NCBI GenBank assembly: GCA_002633005.1
Contig: NMRA01000254.1
Span: 155,722-219,721, forward strand
DNA: 64,000 bases
Direction: 5' to 3'
Source: Phoronis australis
Taxonomy: Eukaryota > Animalia > Phoronida
This document shows positions 24,854-38,400 of this stretch, one piece after another (position 1 is the first letter of the stretch; every line of letters starts with the position of its first letter). The notes under the pieces are model-generated. The model saw only the letters and a list, made by a program, of their open reading frames with translations. It did not search any database and was not told the origin of the DNA. The position numbers were made by a program, and so were the translations under genes.

Positions 24854-27800
24854 AAAGACTTCGGTGAGACAGTGCGCTGTAGAAAGCTATTTAAAATGCT
24901 CAGTTTGCCACGGTGAATTATTTCAGTTTAAAACTTCAGAGCTATAAATTCTTCAAGGTTTAATCAGAAACCGAAATTACAATTCCACAAACTAACGTTC
25001 AAAAGTTTTACGGTTACTCTTATCTGCCTGCGCAAGTCTACGTGTCCCTATTATTGGCACAATAACTCTAGCGTACCCACAGAGGCACAACAGCATTATG
25101 ACTCCCCTGTTGACTGAACCCCTTCCCTCCCCCCGCCCACCAACAGTTTCGTGTTCCCCCTACTGAATATAGTGCTCATCATTACAAAGCTCACTCCTTT
25201 CTGATGTGACATCACCTCACCGTCACAATTGTCCATCATTGGTTTCCGTTGCGGTCTTTATAATCTTGCGTACTCAGATATTTGTCAGTCCCGATAATTT
25301 ACAACAAACACTGGGATAGACTAAGGTTCATCGGGTTAGAAAAAAAGACGACAGGAGAGCGAATTTCGGTAGAGTAATCTATGTGATTACAGGAAAACCG
25401 GTTCTCGAACGTATCAGTGTCGGGCTTAGAGAAAAAAACAACAGGATGTGATTAACTGAACAAAATGGAAAAGCTAATTCCGATGATGTATTAGGATTCC
25501 GACACCAACACGAATGTTTATTTTTGTCTGCAAGTTGATGATTTTTACCTCGACCAAAGCAAACTAATTACTACATTTGTTAGATATACTTTGACCGTCT
25601 TTCCTATGGGTTGGATTTTGACAAAAGATTTCATTGATTGTCTTTTAGTTTACCCCTTAAAAATAAAGACTGAGACTTTTCAATAGACTACAATTCTAGA
25701 ACTGTTAACTTTTCCACAGCAACCAAGACCGTCTTTTGTCTCTCCTGTAGGTGAAACTTCAACAAAAGTTCACCTGTTGTGCCAACACATTTCACAGAAT
25801 AGTTTTAAATTGTGTTAAAAACGAGACTTGTCTCGTTTAATTTCATTAGCACTGGAGAAGTCACCCATTAGCTTAGTTTGTGGCTGCCAAAGAACATTTT
25901 TGTTTAAGTAGGTTACACACCAGACTAATATAGCAGAAACAACTGTTGACTTTGGCTACTTACCGTTATGGAATTGGTCTCAAATTGTCCCTAGGTCAAA
26001 GGGGATATGATTTCAAGGCTTCGAAATAACTGACGGTTCATTATTGCACGAGACGAGGCTCTACATGTTGACTTGTCACGGCGTGTCATTTTATGCGTCT
26101 AGCACGGCGGGTCAATGAACTGTCAGTTTTTAGCAAGCCTTGAGTGAGTGAGTTACCAGTTGAGGGCGCTGTGAGGCGGGTTTAAATCAAAAGTTCGCTT
26201 CTTGGACGGAACTCGGGTTAAATGCTGCTTTAAATAAAAAAGTCGCCTGCAAATATTTGTCATAACCCTCGATGGTACTTCTGCAGGCTATTTGTCAACA
26301 GTTTACTTCTTGACTCTTCACATAATACATGTGCCTATAAACAATTTTTTCAATCTTGAATAACTCAATGTAGCCGTCAACCGTTGTGATGGCAAACAAA
26401 TCCGGTTCTGTTACAAGATTCACGACTGGAAAATAATTATGCAAGCTAGCCGAGATACCCCAGGTCGCCATTAGATATATAGCCCCGGTCCCCTACAATC
26501 TTCGAGTTATTCCTCTGTCGTCGCGAAAGAGGGGATCGCAACCCCGTTTTAAGTGATGTGCATGTTAACTCCAAAAACGAGATGCCGACAGCGTTTTTTG
26601 GCCGTGTTCATAGCCAGCGCCTCGCCCCAGGCCCCCTCTACATCCCCGTTTCCACAACTTCCGAGGACACTGGTGACTACTTGTGCGGGACCCTAAATTG
26701 TAGCCCACTTAACTTAATCTTGGACTGCATCCAAGATCAGTTTTTCGTGGTAGTCTGACTCACCTCGCCTTCCCCGTCGATGAAGGCACGGTGCTGACCA
26801 ACCATACAGTTCAATCACGGAGTTCAATGCACTGGGTGGATGTGTTATGATATTCATGTTACTGGTTAAACCTTGCTTATTAGCACCGTTAACCACTGGT
26901 CAGTTTTCTTCAGCGAGTGTGCGTGTTCCATTTCAAGCTATCACCTTACATCGCCAGTTATGGGTTCCCTGTTTACATTGGATTCGCCTCCTCGAGGGAC
27001 TGAGGCCAGTTCTCCGTCGCGTCCAGCCCAGCTCATTCACAATATGTTTATTTTATTATCGTACCGCACAACGTATTCTCTATTATATGTAGGCATAAGT
27101 GCTAAGCGATGAGTTTCAATAGCCATCGACTGTGTTATTGTTTACGCGTCCCTCCAATCCCATTACCCACTACCCCTATCGTAGAAGTGGACCGGACGTA
27201 GCTTACCTTTGACTGGATTTGAGGTGAATGTTTTTTAACCCTCAATAAGCCATTCAAATTTACACTTAAAGGTTTTGTTATCATGGACGATTGAAATTCA
27301 CGTACAGGGTAGTGGAAACCTCTGTCTTCAGACTGGGGTAAGTAAACATACTAGTGAGGTTTTGGTGTTGATCTTGTCTCGCTCAAATGAACCGTCACCT
27401 TGTCCTTGTATAATGGGTTACAACCCTGACAACTAATGACGCCACGAAAATGCTTGTAGTTATCAGCCGTTTCCCGTACATATTTGAGTCCTTGCCTGGT
27501 TTGAACAGCGAAGCTCTCAGTAGTGATATGACGTGTTATTATATTTCGACAACTCATTGGTCCTAATAACCCACGCTGGCTCGAATAACAGCGGATATGT
27601 AGGTATATAGACAGACAGCGTCCGTGATTCATACACTATGCTCCGCCGGCCTTAACCTAACCTCAGCGTAGGAGCCGGTTAGCGTTGGTAGACTTTTTAA
27701 CATTATTTGTCGACGCTTTCATCGAGCTGAAAAAGCGACGCGTGATTGTAAAGGACTATTGTGTGTTTGGGAATATTGTTGCTGATTTTATTCACTGGTA

Positions 27801-28087
27801 TGTCTAACATCCGTCGTTGACTAGCTCCTAATTGTGATGTTGTCCGAGATATAGCAGTCTGTAGATTTCACTTTGGATATTGTGACTGTAATTGTTACAT
27901 TCTTTGCCAGCAGTCACCACATTCTTTTCTAGGTAGAGTCGGGATGAGCGAGTAAACTCCGTAGAGTTCGCAATTGGATTACATCGCGAATCACCGCTTG
28001 TACCAGAGACATTGCCAGAGTCAACCCACTTGAGACGCACAGTCTCAGCGAGTACGTTTGACGGCTCGGCTATCGAATTCCTACAGA

Positions 28088-28832
28088 ATGGGGCGGATAG
28101 CCGTACTTTTATACTTAACCGTAGTTTATTTGACAATCCTTGTCCGTGGATTCTATTTACCCGGCACTGGTACATCCTATGCCAGGTATCCAGCATGGAA
28201 TGGGTGCAGAAACGCATCTATTTCGTTCGAATTCAGAGTGAAAGCGGACGATGGGGCCGAGCCTCAAGAAGACGGTCTCCTGTTGTACGTGGATGACGGA
28301 GGTTCATCCGGTCAGTATATGGCACTCACGCTGGAAGATGGATTGGTTACTCTTAAACTGAAACTGCGAGACCAACGCGAAGCAAATACGAGAATACAGG
28401 GTACAAACCCAAAGAACACGGGCGACTGGGTTCGCGTTCATGTGGAACGAAACCGTATGTTGTCTGTCCTAACCGTCGACGGTGAGCGATTGACTAACAT
28501 TACGTTTGCGTCCGATTTTGACTTCAGCAACTCCGGACCTGTTTACTTTGGGGGTATTCCCGAAGACTATCCCCTACTATCGCTATCTTACCCCAGCGTC
28601 TCCTACATCACGCACTTTAAGGGGGACATTCGCAACGTACTCTATGGGAACTGCACGTGCCTCCAAAGTCGCGTGCAAATGGTTGACAACGTCGGCGTTC
28701 CGGATGACTCCGTCGAGAGCTGTGACCGCTCCGACCCGTGCCAACAGCAAACAGGAGAGGGTTGCGTGTGTCTGACTCAAGACGACAAGTCGTCCAAATG
28801 CGAATGCTCCCAGGCGACCCGCTGCGATACCG
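28088..28832 (+). CDS. NRXN: Alpha-neurexin-like gene, coding exon 1: signal peptide, LNS1, EGF-like 1
   Basis: MGRIAVLLYLTVVYLTILVRG is a hydrophobic signal. SYARYPAWNGCRNASISFEFR, GLLLYVDDGG and VYFGGIP are neurexin LNS1 motifs. A Cys-rich tail follows. Donor G|gtaagt, phase 1. Confidence 0.88.
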
Positions 28833-31800
28833 GTAAGTGATTGGAATCTTAATAAAGGTCGTGTTACGTCACTTCACTATTGTTGCTTGCAAAATAATAA
28901 GGGTCTGAGAACAACAGTTATTCACGCTAGAATGTCTTCAAAGGTATTCGATGGTTAGGATTAAAAATCGGATCGTTGTTTGTCGTGTTGCCCTAACTTT
29001 TTGCTGTCAATTCATTGACACTTTCTTCTCCTTTGCCTGATGATGCTCTTATGTAAGAGTAAAACGTTGCGTCTGTATTGTGGGTTTTTGTCGGATTTTT
29101 CAATAATACTTTGGCCAGGAACTTTTAATAATACTTTGGTCAAGAACTTATGTAATCAAGGTTAGTATATTTACACAGGTAACACCAAAACGTTGACTGG
29201 CCTTCTTTAACTCACCCACCGGAAAAGGGGGCCCGTGATTTTGATTTCTGAGTGCAAAGAAAAATAGGTAGACCAGTCTTCCTCTCGCCTGTTTCTCCCC
29301 AAGTCATCCGTATGTAACCATGTCCGCTTGTAGCAACGTTGCCCGTGCCATGCATATTCCACGGTCATGACATAGCGGGAACATGGCGAGAACCCATTTC
29401 TCTGCTGCATTATTCAGTGTTGCCGGGGGTATATGTGCCGCTTCAAGTTGTTCACGCCAACTCAGATTCATAGATGCACGATGCATGATTAATTAGTTTT
29501 AGTTCTGAGATAAAAGTGATGCTGTCCACTAAACAAGCTCAGTTGAACAACGTGTTATCTATGCAGTTACCACTTGTTTGTTTGTTTTGGATGTAGGTTT
29601 TTCTTGTCGCGACAGTGCATTTTCATAGCTTCCAGTTGGTAGAGAAAACGCTAATGTAATCAAAATTTCATGTATCGGCTTCTCATCATGAAGTGTTTTC
29701 TTTTAAAATCTAATTTTTGAAGATCATTATATCATTCCCTTGTCATCAGATTATAATTATTTGACACATAAAAATCGCCTGTTTGTGGATTTTTCATGAT
29801 ATGAATGAGTGAAATCATTGGGTGTCAAGGTTCAATGCGGTGAGTGATGGGGTCGATAATGTCACTTCCAATAGACACCACGCAACGTGTCCGGACGTCC
29901 CACGCAAACACCATCAAAGCATAGGTCACTCACTCAAAACTTTGTGGACACGCAATCGTCATACCAATCGTGGCTTTAAAAACGAAGCTTCCGTATCACG
30001 AATTATCTTTGCTTCATCTCTTCACTGATTTCGAATTATTTGGTAATATTGGAATATTGTCGTGTTCAGTTTTTCAAAGCCTGCATGCGATTAAATGAGC
30101 ATTTCCCCCGACTTTCGTTATGACGTTGTGGTATGAACCACAGCGATTGTTTGAATCGGGCGAGTCTAGGTCATTACCCGGGCACCAGCAAATCGCATCC
30201 TTCCCTGACATTACCACATAATGACGGTGTTTGTCAGAAACGGACGACTTAGCGGTCTGTGATTCATAAAATACGATTCCTCGATTTAAAAAGCATTCCT
30301 TTTGTACCATCTTCAACCTGGATAATACTCGAGCACGAATATTTATCACGGAGTGTCGAATTTCCCACCTGCCTCCGCGCCTTTAACTTCGACCCTTGCC
30401 ACAACTCTGTAAACACAGAAAGGCTAGGGGTAAATGCCTTGCAGCCCTAATGGCGAAATGATTCACGAAGGATTATGTGATAGATGTTACTGTAATAAGC
30501 GCATCTTGTTTTTCTCCGAGAGTATTTCTTATAAGTGCCTCGTTGCACAATTCAACTTAAACTCAATTCCCACAAGTGCTCCTGTGTTATTTTTGACAAT
30601 ATTGGGTTACCAGAACTTCATGAACCAAACTCGTCTGAGTCACGACAGTGAGCAAATAAGGTCGGTGTGATTTTTCTTTGTATTCAGGTACTTTTTCCGA
30701 TCGATTAAGGTACGCCGACGTATCTTTTTCACATTGTTCTCAACCATACAAAAACCTGTACGCGATATGCAATATTAAATTTCAACAGGTCGCTGATGAT
30801 GATACAGGAATTTATAATATATGTTGGAGTTAAACAAAATTTGCTCGGAATGTGAATGAGACTCGCGATTTAGCAGTCGTAACCTAATTATATTTAATTC
30901 AAAGGTTAAAAATAACTCGGAGTGTTTTTAAACACAAAACACGTATGGCCTTTCTTGTCATGGTGGCATTGCTCAGTATTTATTCACATGGCATTCGCAA
31001 TGCACATCAGTGTCAGTTAAGGTCATAAATCAACTGAAAGTAATTAATCATGCAATCAGAAGTGTGATAAAAATTCAGTTGACATATTTTGGTATAACAT
31101 CCTTAAGCCACCTACCGACATTAATTTTGCTGGCCGATCTAGGATATCTCGAGGGGTTGGCTACCGACAACAGCTTACAACGAACACACGTTCGAGGTAC
31201 CCCTAAAAACAATAGCCGTCAATCTGCCCTCGCCTTTGTCGTCATGCCAGTAAATGAGCACGACTCCCGTGTGCCCGGTTGCATGAAATAATACAAAATA
31301 GTGTCTCAACGAAGTTCCACAAATCTCAACTGCGTATTTGTGCACACTGATTATCCTTTCTTGTGCTGTTTTAGATTCTTTACTAAGTCAGATTTGACAT
31401 TGATAAATATCGAGAGTGAACTCTACGTTGTATCACCAGTGTTACTACTGAAAACAAACAGGGGTCTTTTCATGTAACGCCCCTAATTTAAGGACTAATT
31501 CCCTATTGATTTTCATTAAACTAAGGACTCAGTTTTTAGTATTATTAGAAAATGTGATTAGTCAAAGTGAAGCCCATAATAAAGATATACTTATTTTGAT
31601 ATATTGATTATATACCAAAAAAGTATACAAATACGCGAAGTATGATGGTAACGTAGCTGAGTCTCTATTCGAGACTGTTTCTTGCCACCGGGCACTGGAC
31701 TCTTTAAACCCCGTCATGTGTTATAGAGGTCTCTTTATCGGCAAACGTGTTTTGTTTATGTCAATCCTCCCCGTTATGGTGGCTTCCGGACGTTGTCCTC

Positions 31801-34800
31801 AATCCCAGCACAGGCATGCGAAACAGGTCTCTGTTGCGCCGGCAGCCTGGTGACATGTGCACATCAGTCCATCAATCTTCACGCATTCCAGAGAATGGCA
31901 AAACATTTGCCATATGGCAGTGAAGATAGTTGGGCAACTTCTAGGTCGACGTATTTAGTTATCCACTTGGTCTAAATCAGACTGCTCTATGGCACGTCTG
32001 CGGACTTTTGCCGTCACTGTGTAAACACCATCAGCAAATTGTCTAAAATACAATTTTGTCTGAAGAGTATTCCGCCGCAAGGATTATCAAATAAAGAGGA
32101 AACTGGTTTCCGAAGATGAATTTTTGAACTCCTACCGGTGGATATACCGGAGTGCTGGGATTTAACAATTTCTTATATTCAACAAAGACACAGCAAACGA
32201 AAACAATGGTAGCGTCCCATAAGCAATAACCATGCGAGGCGCTTACGCCCGTTGCATGGATGTCACAAGTTAAACAATAGCTTGGGAAATCCACCCTGCG
32301 TCATACGGCATGGGTCGCCAATAAACACTTCGCTGTCAAAACCTGTGTGTCGAACTGATGAGTAGACCCCAGGTTTTCTCATCGTTGACCTATCGAGATT
32401 CAGTAGAAACATTACATGTAAATGCCTCAGCTAGCAAAACTGAACTGACGGGGGCGATGAACAACTGTTTAAAAACTTGTCTGCGTTCCTGAGTTTCGTG
32501 TACTCTTTTTCGTTATATATGCATCTGGTTTTAATAAGCTCAGAAACTCGTGGAAAGCTGTGTTGGAGAGTAAACGTTAATTTGTAATTTGTATACTGAC
32601 AGTTTTGATAAGATATTGCTGCTTCATAACGTGTTTTTGGAAATGCCGGGTGATAATTTGGGCTCACGCAGAACCCCGACGCATTGGCAGGTAATTCTAT
32701 AACAATCATGACCCGAATGCGGGAGGGCAAGACGCATCTGTCGCATGAACACATGTGTGCTCGTCTTTAATCATAATTTATTCATGCCTTTACAAATAGC
32801 AATTCACACAATAAACTATTACTGACTTTGTGGACGGCTCTACAACCTTTTGTCCAATTTACCATCGTCAAAAGTGGTTACTGAACTTTTAAAGCTGTAT
32901 TTCATGTTTCGTAACGTCGAGTACAGTGGCGCTTTTTTCATCAAATTAAAAATCTCTGGCAGGTCATGTGCCCGATGATGCTTGACTAATAGCACTGCGT
33001 ACTTTTTTGCTTTAAAACTTCAAATTTCTTCGATAAGTTCTGTTTTTGAACATCGATTGGTTGTATTTTATCGCAAGGCGGGATGTCCAGAGAATTTATT
33101 TCAGTTGAAGGGTGAGGGTGTGAGGCTGAGTTGCACTCTCTCTGTCAGTTAACAATTAGGATTTTCTCGGACAAGAAGATTTTTTTTAACAAATAAGTTG
33201 CGCACTATCCTGTGTCAAACTATTTGCGCCTTTAGTAGAAAGATATCCAATTTGTTAAGTTGAACAAAATTCTGACAATGTGACAGGTGACCAGTCGGAG
33301 CATGGCGATCCACGAATAAGTCATTAAACTTTCATTGCCGGTTTTTAGCATCTGCAGTCTCTAGGAACCAAGATTGGATCCTAGTAAACTATAGAGTCGT
33401 TGAACTGTTTATTAAATACTTGTTGGGATCGTTTCCCGCGTAGAAAAACTCGCAGGCACTGCTGCTAACCAAGTTTTCACACTGTCGTGTTTGGGCGAGA
33501 TTATACCCCTGAACGACATGCACGCCACTGTACCTGTATCTTAATAAGGTTGATCGCCAGCTGTGAATTTCAATACAGTATTCAATGTGATATCGCAACG
33601 TTCACCTGAATGCTTCAGCGTCTGTCACCTGACACACCTGAAATACCATAAGGTCACGTATAATTTAATAGTACGCCGCTGTGCCGAGAAATCACGTGCG
33701 CATCTTTGTTTACAAAAATGAAATTAAGTCATTTCTGGATGTCTAAAAAAGCTCACTTCTAACGAAAATAAAATAAATCATTGTGGGTATGCTGAAGATG
33801 GAAAAACAGCAGGGATTTTGAAAGCACGACAATGGGCTACGAAGTGTAGAAATAACGTTGGAAGGTATCACGAGGTACGGTGGGGAAAGACGTGTTAGGG
33901 ACCGGTCACATAAAGTTAGTTTCTCTAAAACGGGGTAAAATTGAGTAGAATCCGATGGAAGATGTCGTATGCGAATTCAAGGCATATTTTTGACTAAGTT
34001 GTCCGTTTACGCCCGTCCGCAAGTCCGCTGAAGTCATTTTTCTTCCGATTTTCTCAACCCAAAGTCATTCTGGTGCGTCATCGTTAAACACAAACGCAGC
34101 GTTCACAAGTTTGTGTTAAACAGCCAATACGTTGTAACAACTGGGTAACCTCGGGGGATTTAGTCATGTACGGCTGTGTACAACGTTTGTTGGTGCCATC
34201 ATGACGCTAATGTCATTTATCGAGGGCATGTTAGGAACTACGGGGTGATCGTTACATAACACTATGAATCCGCCTCTTTTAACGTGTGATGAGTGTAACG
34301 AAATAGCGACCTGCAGCTGATTTCAACAGGCGTGAAGCTAATTTACTACTGCAGAAGGAGTGCCTTAACTTTCCACCAGAAAAAAGATGTGTAAGAAATT
34401 ACCCTATATTTGGCAAGCATTGGGCTTGAGTTAGTGCAGCGTGTTCGCTCGAACTCACTGGGGTCAGCTGTCTGCCATTTATGCTAAATTACTGAAGTAT
34501 AAACCGATTTTGAACGACGAGTTTACAAAAATGGAACGTGCTCGCTTAAGGATGCACTTCTTTCGTACTAATGTACGAAACATGTGCATCACAGCCTGCT
34601 GATTAATATTGGTTTCTGCTAAAAGGGATTGAGAGGCTACCAGAGATTGGTATGAACCTGTGTTTTGAAACGGTTAGCCAACTCCGTCAACACGGATGAC
34701 TTTTTGACACTCAGTTGAACTTGCTAAAGCCGTGAATGGTCGCTGTTGTAAATAGAAATCATTACTCTCACGACAGGGAAGATTTGAGACACATTTGTGT

Positions 34801-35302
34801 TGTAAAGCTATTTCGTAGTTAGTGTTTACCCAAAGATCGGTTTGTATTTTGTGTAGGTTCCTTTACTTTCAACACTTTTCTCAGAGTTTTGAGCGCCAAT
34901 AAAAACTGTTCAACATTCGGAACATAAAAAAATGACTGTATTTTTCGAACAGGTATGCAGAACCTTTGTTTTTATTTTTTGTGATCCTAAACTGTCAAAA
35001 TGTGTTCCGAACACTTATATATAATAAGTTATCAGAATCATTCGTTTCGTTTTTCTGTTTTCGTAGCCTCACTCCGCAGCGTTTTCAAATCAGAAGAACT
35101 ATACCTGTCGATAAATGACTGAAAAACTTTTAAACAAAAAGTTCCGGTACGCGAGTTTGCGTCAAAGCCATGTAATTTGCTTGACCGGTTGCAATTAACC
35201 TCCCACAACAGGTATTCCGAAAACGCGAAGAGACGGCAGCATTAAGTTACGAACTAAAAATTTTCATTAAACCTACCGTTTAACGATTTATCTGGAAGCT
35301 AA

Positions 35303-35458
35303 CGAGGGCGGATCCAGGACTTTGAGTTCGGGGGCGGGGGCTAGGGCAGAGTATTATCCAGAATTTTTCTCGTCAGACATTCGCACCCCCGAAATGCCAA
35401 ATGGAATATGGGAGAATTTTAGGGGGCATGGTCCCCTTGCCCCCCCCCCCCTTAAATC
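35303..35458. mobile_element. MITE-like repeat, same family as 1-123
   Basis: Starts GGCGGATCCAGG. The body matches 1-115 and has a poly-C subterminal tract. Confidence 0.6.
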
Positions 35459-38400
35459 TAGTTAACAACCAGATTTTGTCAATTTTTGTAAATACTGTGA
35501 CCAGTTAATGTGGTTAATCGCCGTGTGAAGATTATCGCATATCGGCAGTCCAAGACTCGCCGTGACAAGCATGGAAAGGTTACACTGCATCTGAAATATT
35601 GCCGTTTACATCCTGGCTCAGACTGTATTTCGATGGTAGGTTTCGAAGTGCGCAAAAATATCCAGGATGAAAAGTACACGCCCTCTATCGGCAGCGGGGT
35701 GGTACAGGGACCGAGTATGGTCTCGTCGAGCATTTAACCAACTGATAGTTCTTTCCAAGTCCATGAACCGCCGTACAAAGAGTAAGTTGAGATCGGTTTC
35801 ACATCGTAAAATGGTCTTGATCAAAAGTTACTTTGATGGAATGCAAGCTGCATATTAATGGTACGTTTTCCATTTCTATGTCGCTGGCCCTTTTTCCGTT
35901 TATATGCCCACTGTTTCCGAAAGTGCGCTTGGGCTCATATTTAGGAAACTGGGAAGGTAATTCAGTATGCTGCTTTCCGAATTTGAGTGCTGGAGCTCGT
36001 TATCGGAAATCCTTGGTATATCTGCAAAAATTCAGCAGCAACATAAAATGTAAATAGACAAATCATGAAGACTTTCTGTCAAGTCCAGACTTTAAGCCTA
36101 AATGAAATGAGTGAAATGGGGGCTTGAACTGCACCCGCCGCATGCTTACATTATGGCGTTGACCTACTTTGTGTGCGTGGATTAGTCGCCATTCATGAGT
36201 TTTTCATTATATTTGCGTGTACAATTAATATCGGCACATGCACTTGTAAACACTGGGTCGTGATAATTTGTACAGCTGCTTGATAGCGCGATTGTCAATC
36301 GCCTCCACCATCTGTAAAGTATTGGTCTACAATAATCTGTTGCGCTTCACGATCGTTAAATCTAGTCTGCCTTTTTGTGCCTTCAACTTCTAAATGTCAC
36401 ATTATTTTTTCAAACTGTTAGTTAATCTGGGTACCATTTCACGGCGCACATCATCTGCGTGTGTCGTAAGGATTCCTTCGGGTAGTCAAAATACCAACAA
36501 CTTGCCATTTTTATTTTTCAAAGACTTGCTACGTTATTGCAAATTTTTGTTGATTAGAATGATGACGAGAGTGGAATACAAGCCCAAATAATGATGAATA
36601 CTTAAGTTTTAAGAATTTTTCCAATTTCCTTACATTGTTTCGAAAGAGAGGAATATTTATCGAAAGCACTTCTGCATGATTAAGCTGGGAACGTACGCCT
36701 GTTTTGGAACACATGGAGTAGCTGACAGGTGGAATTTCAGGTCATCAAGATTTCTCAACATAAGAATCACTAAGAAATCATATTTCATTATCACGAATAC
36801 AATTTCTACTATATAGTTGTCATAAAACAAGTCTTCGTAAATAACACGATATTTGTAACCTTGTTGTTACCTTTTGAAAAGTCGTAAAATGACCATTTCA
36901 GCAATTCTTTTTATGCAAAGTAAATGAATAATTATCATAAACGGCAAAACTATGTTTTTCGTGAATGATCCGTATAAGTGAAGCTACTTAAAGTGCGGTC
37001 AACCACTCGTGGTTTTTTCAGTTCAAGATGAAATATAGTGTTCATGGATTTGTCAAACTACACGAGTCTAGACGTCTGATGGTTAAACCCTTTGTTTAAT
37101 ATAATCAGGGTGACCCAAAATGCACGCACACTTCAGAACAACTCAAATGTAGTTCCCGTTTATCAAATTCTGCGCCCGGGTCTAGTGTATTGTTACATCT
37201 TGCGGTGAAAGTAGTGCGTGAACAGTCACGTGATCTGTAAATGAACGAGAATGGCTCACACGACAAAATTCAGGAGAACGAAAAATTTGCCGGCAATGCT
37301 ACTGTAAACTCAAAATCGTCAAATTAATAGACAATGCATTTACATTGGTCTAAAGGTTTAATTCATTTTTTGTTACCTCTTTATGAAGCAATCTTGTATT
37401 TAAGTCGATAAACAACGCAGTTATTGTCATTTGCAGTGTGAGGACATTGCATTGTACAGCATTATTAAATACTTTCTGTTTCAATGTGATTGAAACATCA
37501 GTGATCAACCAATATCATCTAGTGTTTGGATTTAATAAAACTAAACGAGTGTTGGTCTTTCTTAATATTTTTGCTCTACTAATGATATGGAATTAGTTCA
37601 CTCTATATTACGTTACGATATTCGACCTCATGAACAAAACCGGGGGATGGTATTTTTATTTCGTAGCTGTAGTCAACTTTTCTTGCTGGAATAGTCGTAG
37701 CTTATCGCTAACTTGACCCGTAATGTTATCAATATTATGCAAAAGGCACAATATGATGGACTAAAGATACCGAGAACCGGTTCAAGGTTAGTTACTGTGT
37801 ATGAACATCTCAAGTGTGTCAAGACGAAACGTCATCTAGCCTCCCTTAGATTTGCATTTATGAAGCGTACATAAACCAGTTTTTCAAATCCTTTCTAATC
37901 AAAGTACATGCAGGTAAACATTGACTCCGCACCTTCCGCTACGTTTGGGTAAATATTTGTTGTTACACACTCCCGCGTAAAAAGTCGTGACATTACAGGT
38001 TAAGGGGGCGTTTCTGATAAACTGATATCTTAGATAATTTATTTATTCATTTTTTATTTAGAGAGCCGAGGATTGGCAAAGTAAGCAACAGACCGCTGAT
38101 TCTATGTGAATCTGGGTCTCTTGTTACTGGACATGTTCAACTTTTGTGAGAGGATTAGTGTACGTGCTAGCTTTTGTTATCGTTACTCCTCACCGCCAGA
38201 CAAGGCCATCATGTTAAACTGTTTATTGGGGTATAAACAAACGTGGACTCGTAATGCCGTTTTGCTGATAGTTGCTCACGAAACCGATATCTTGTGCAAA
38301 GGAAGTTGGACATTCTCAGTTTTCTTCAAAATATCACCGACACAAATATTGATCAAAGAAATATTGCAAACGAGCGCCTTTGCCCCATTTTTTCAATGCC

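Noticed and set aside
27550-27615. CCAAT (ATTGG) plus TATA-like promoter for the neurexin gene
   Set aside because: The motifs are short and common, and a possible acceptor near 27932 means the real TSS could be elsewhere.
32355-32395. CTGATGAG as a second hammerhead core (also at ~49857)
   Set aside because: No downstream GAAAC box closes a stem II.
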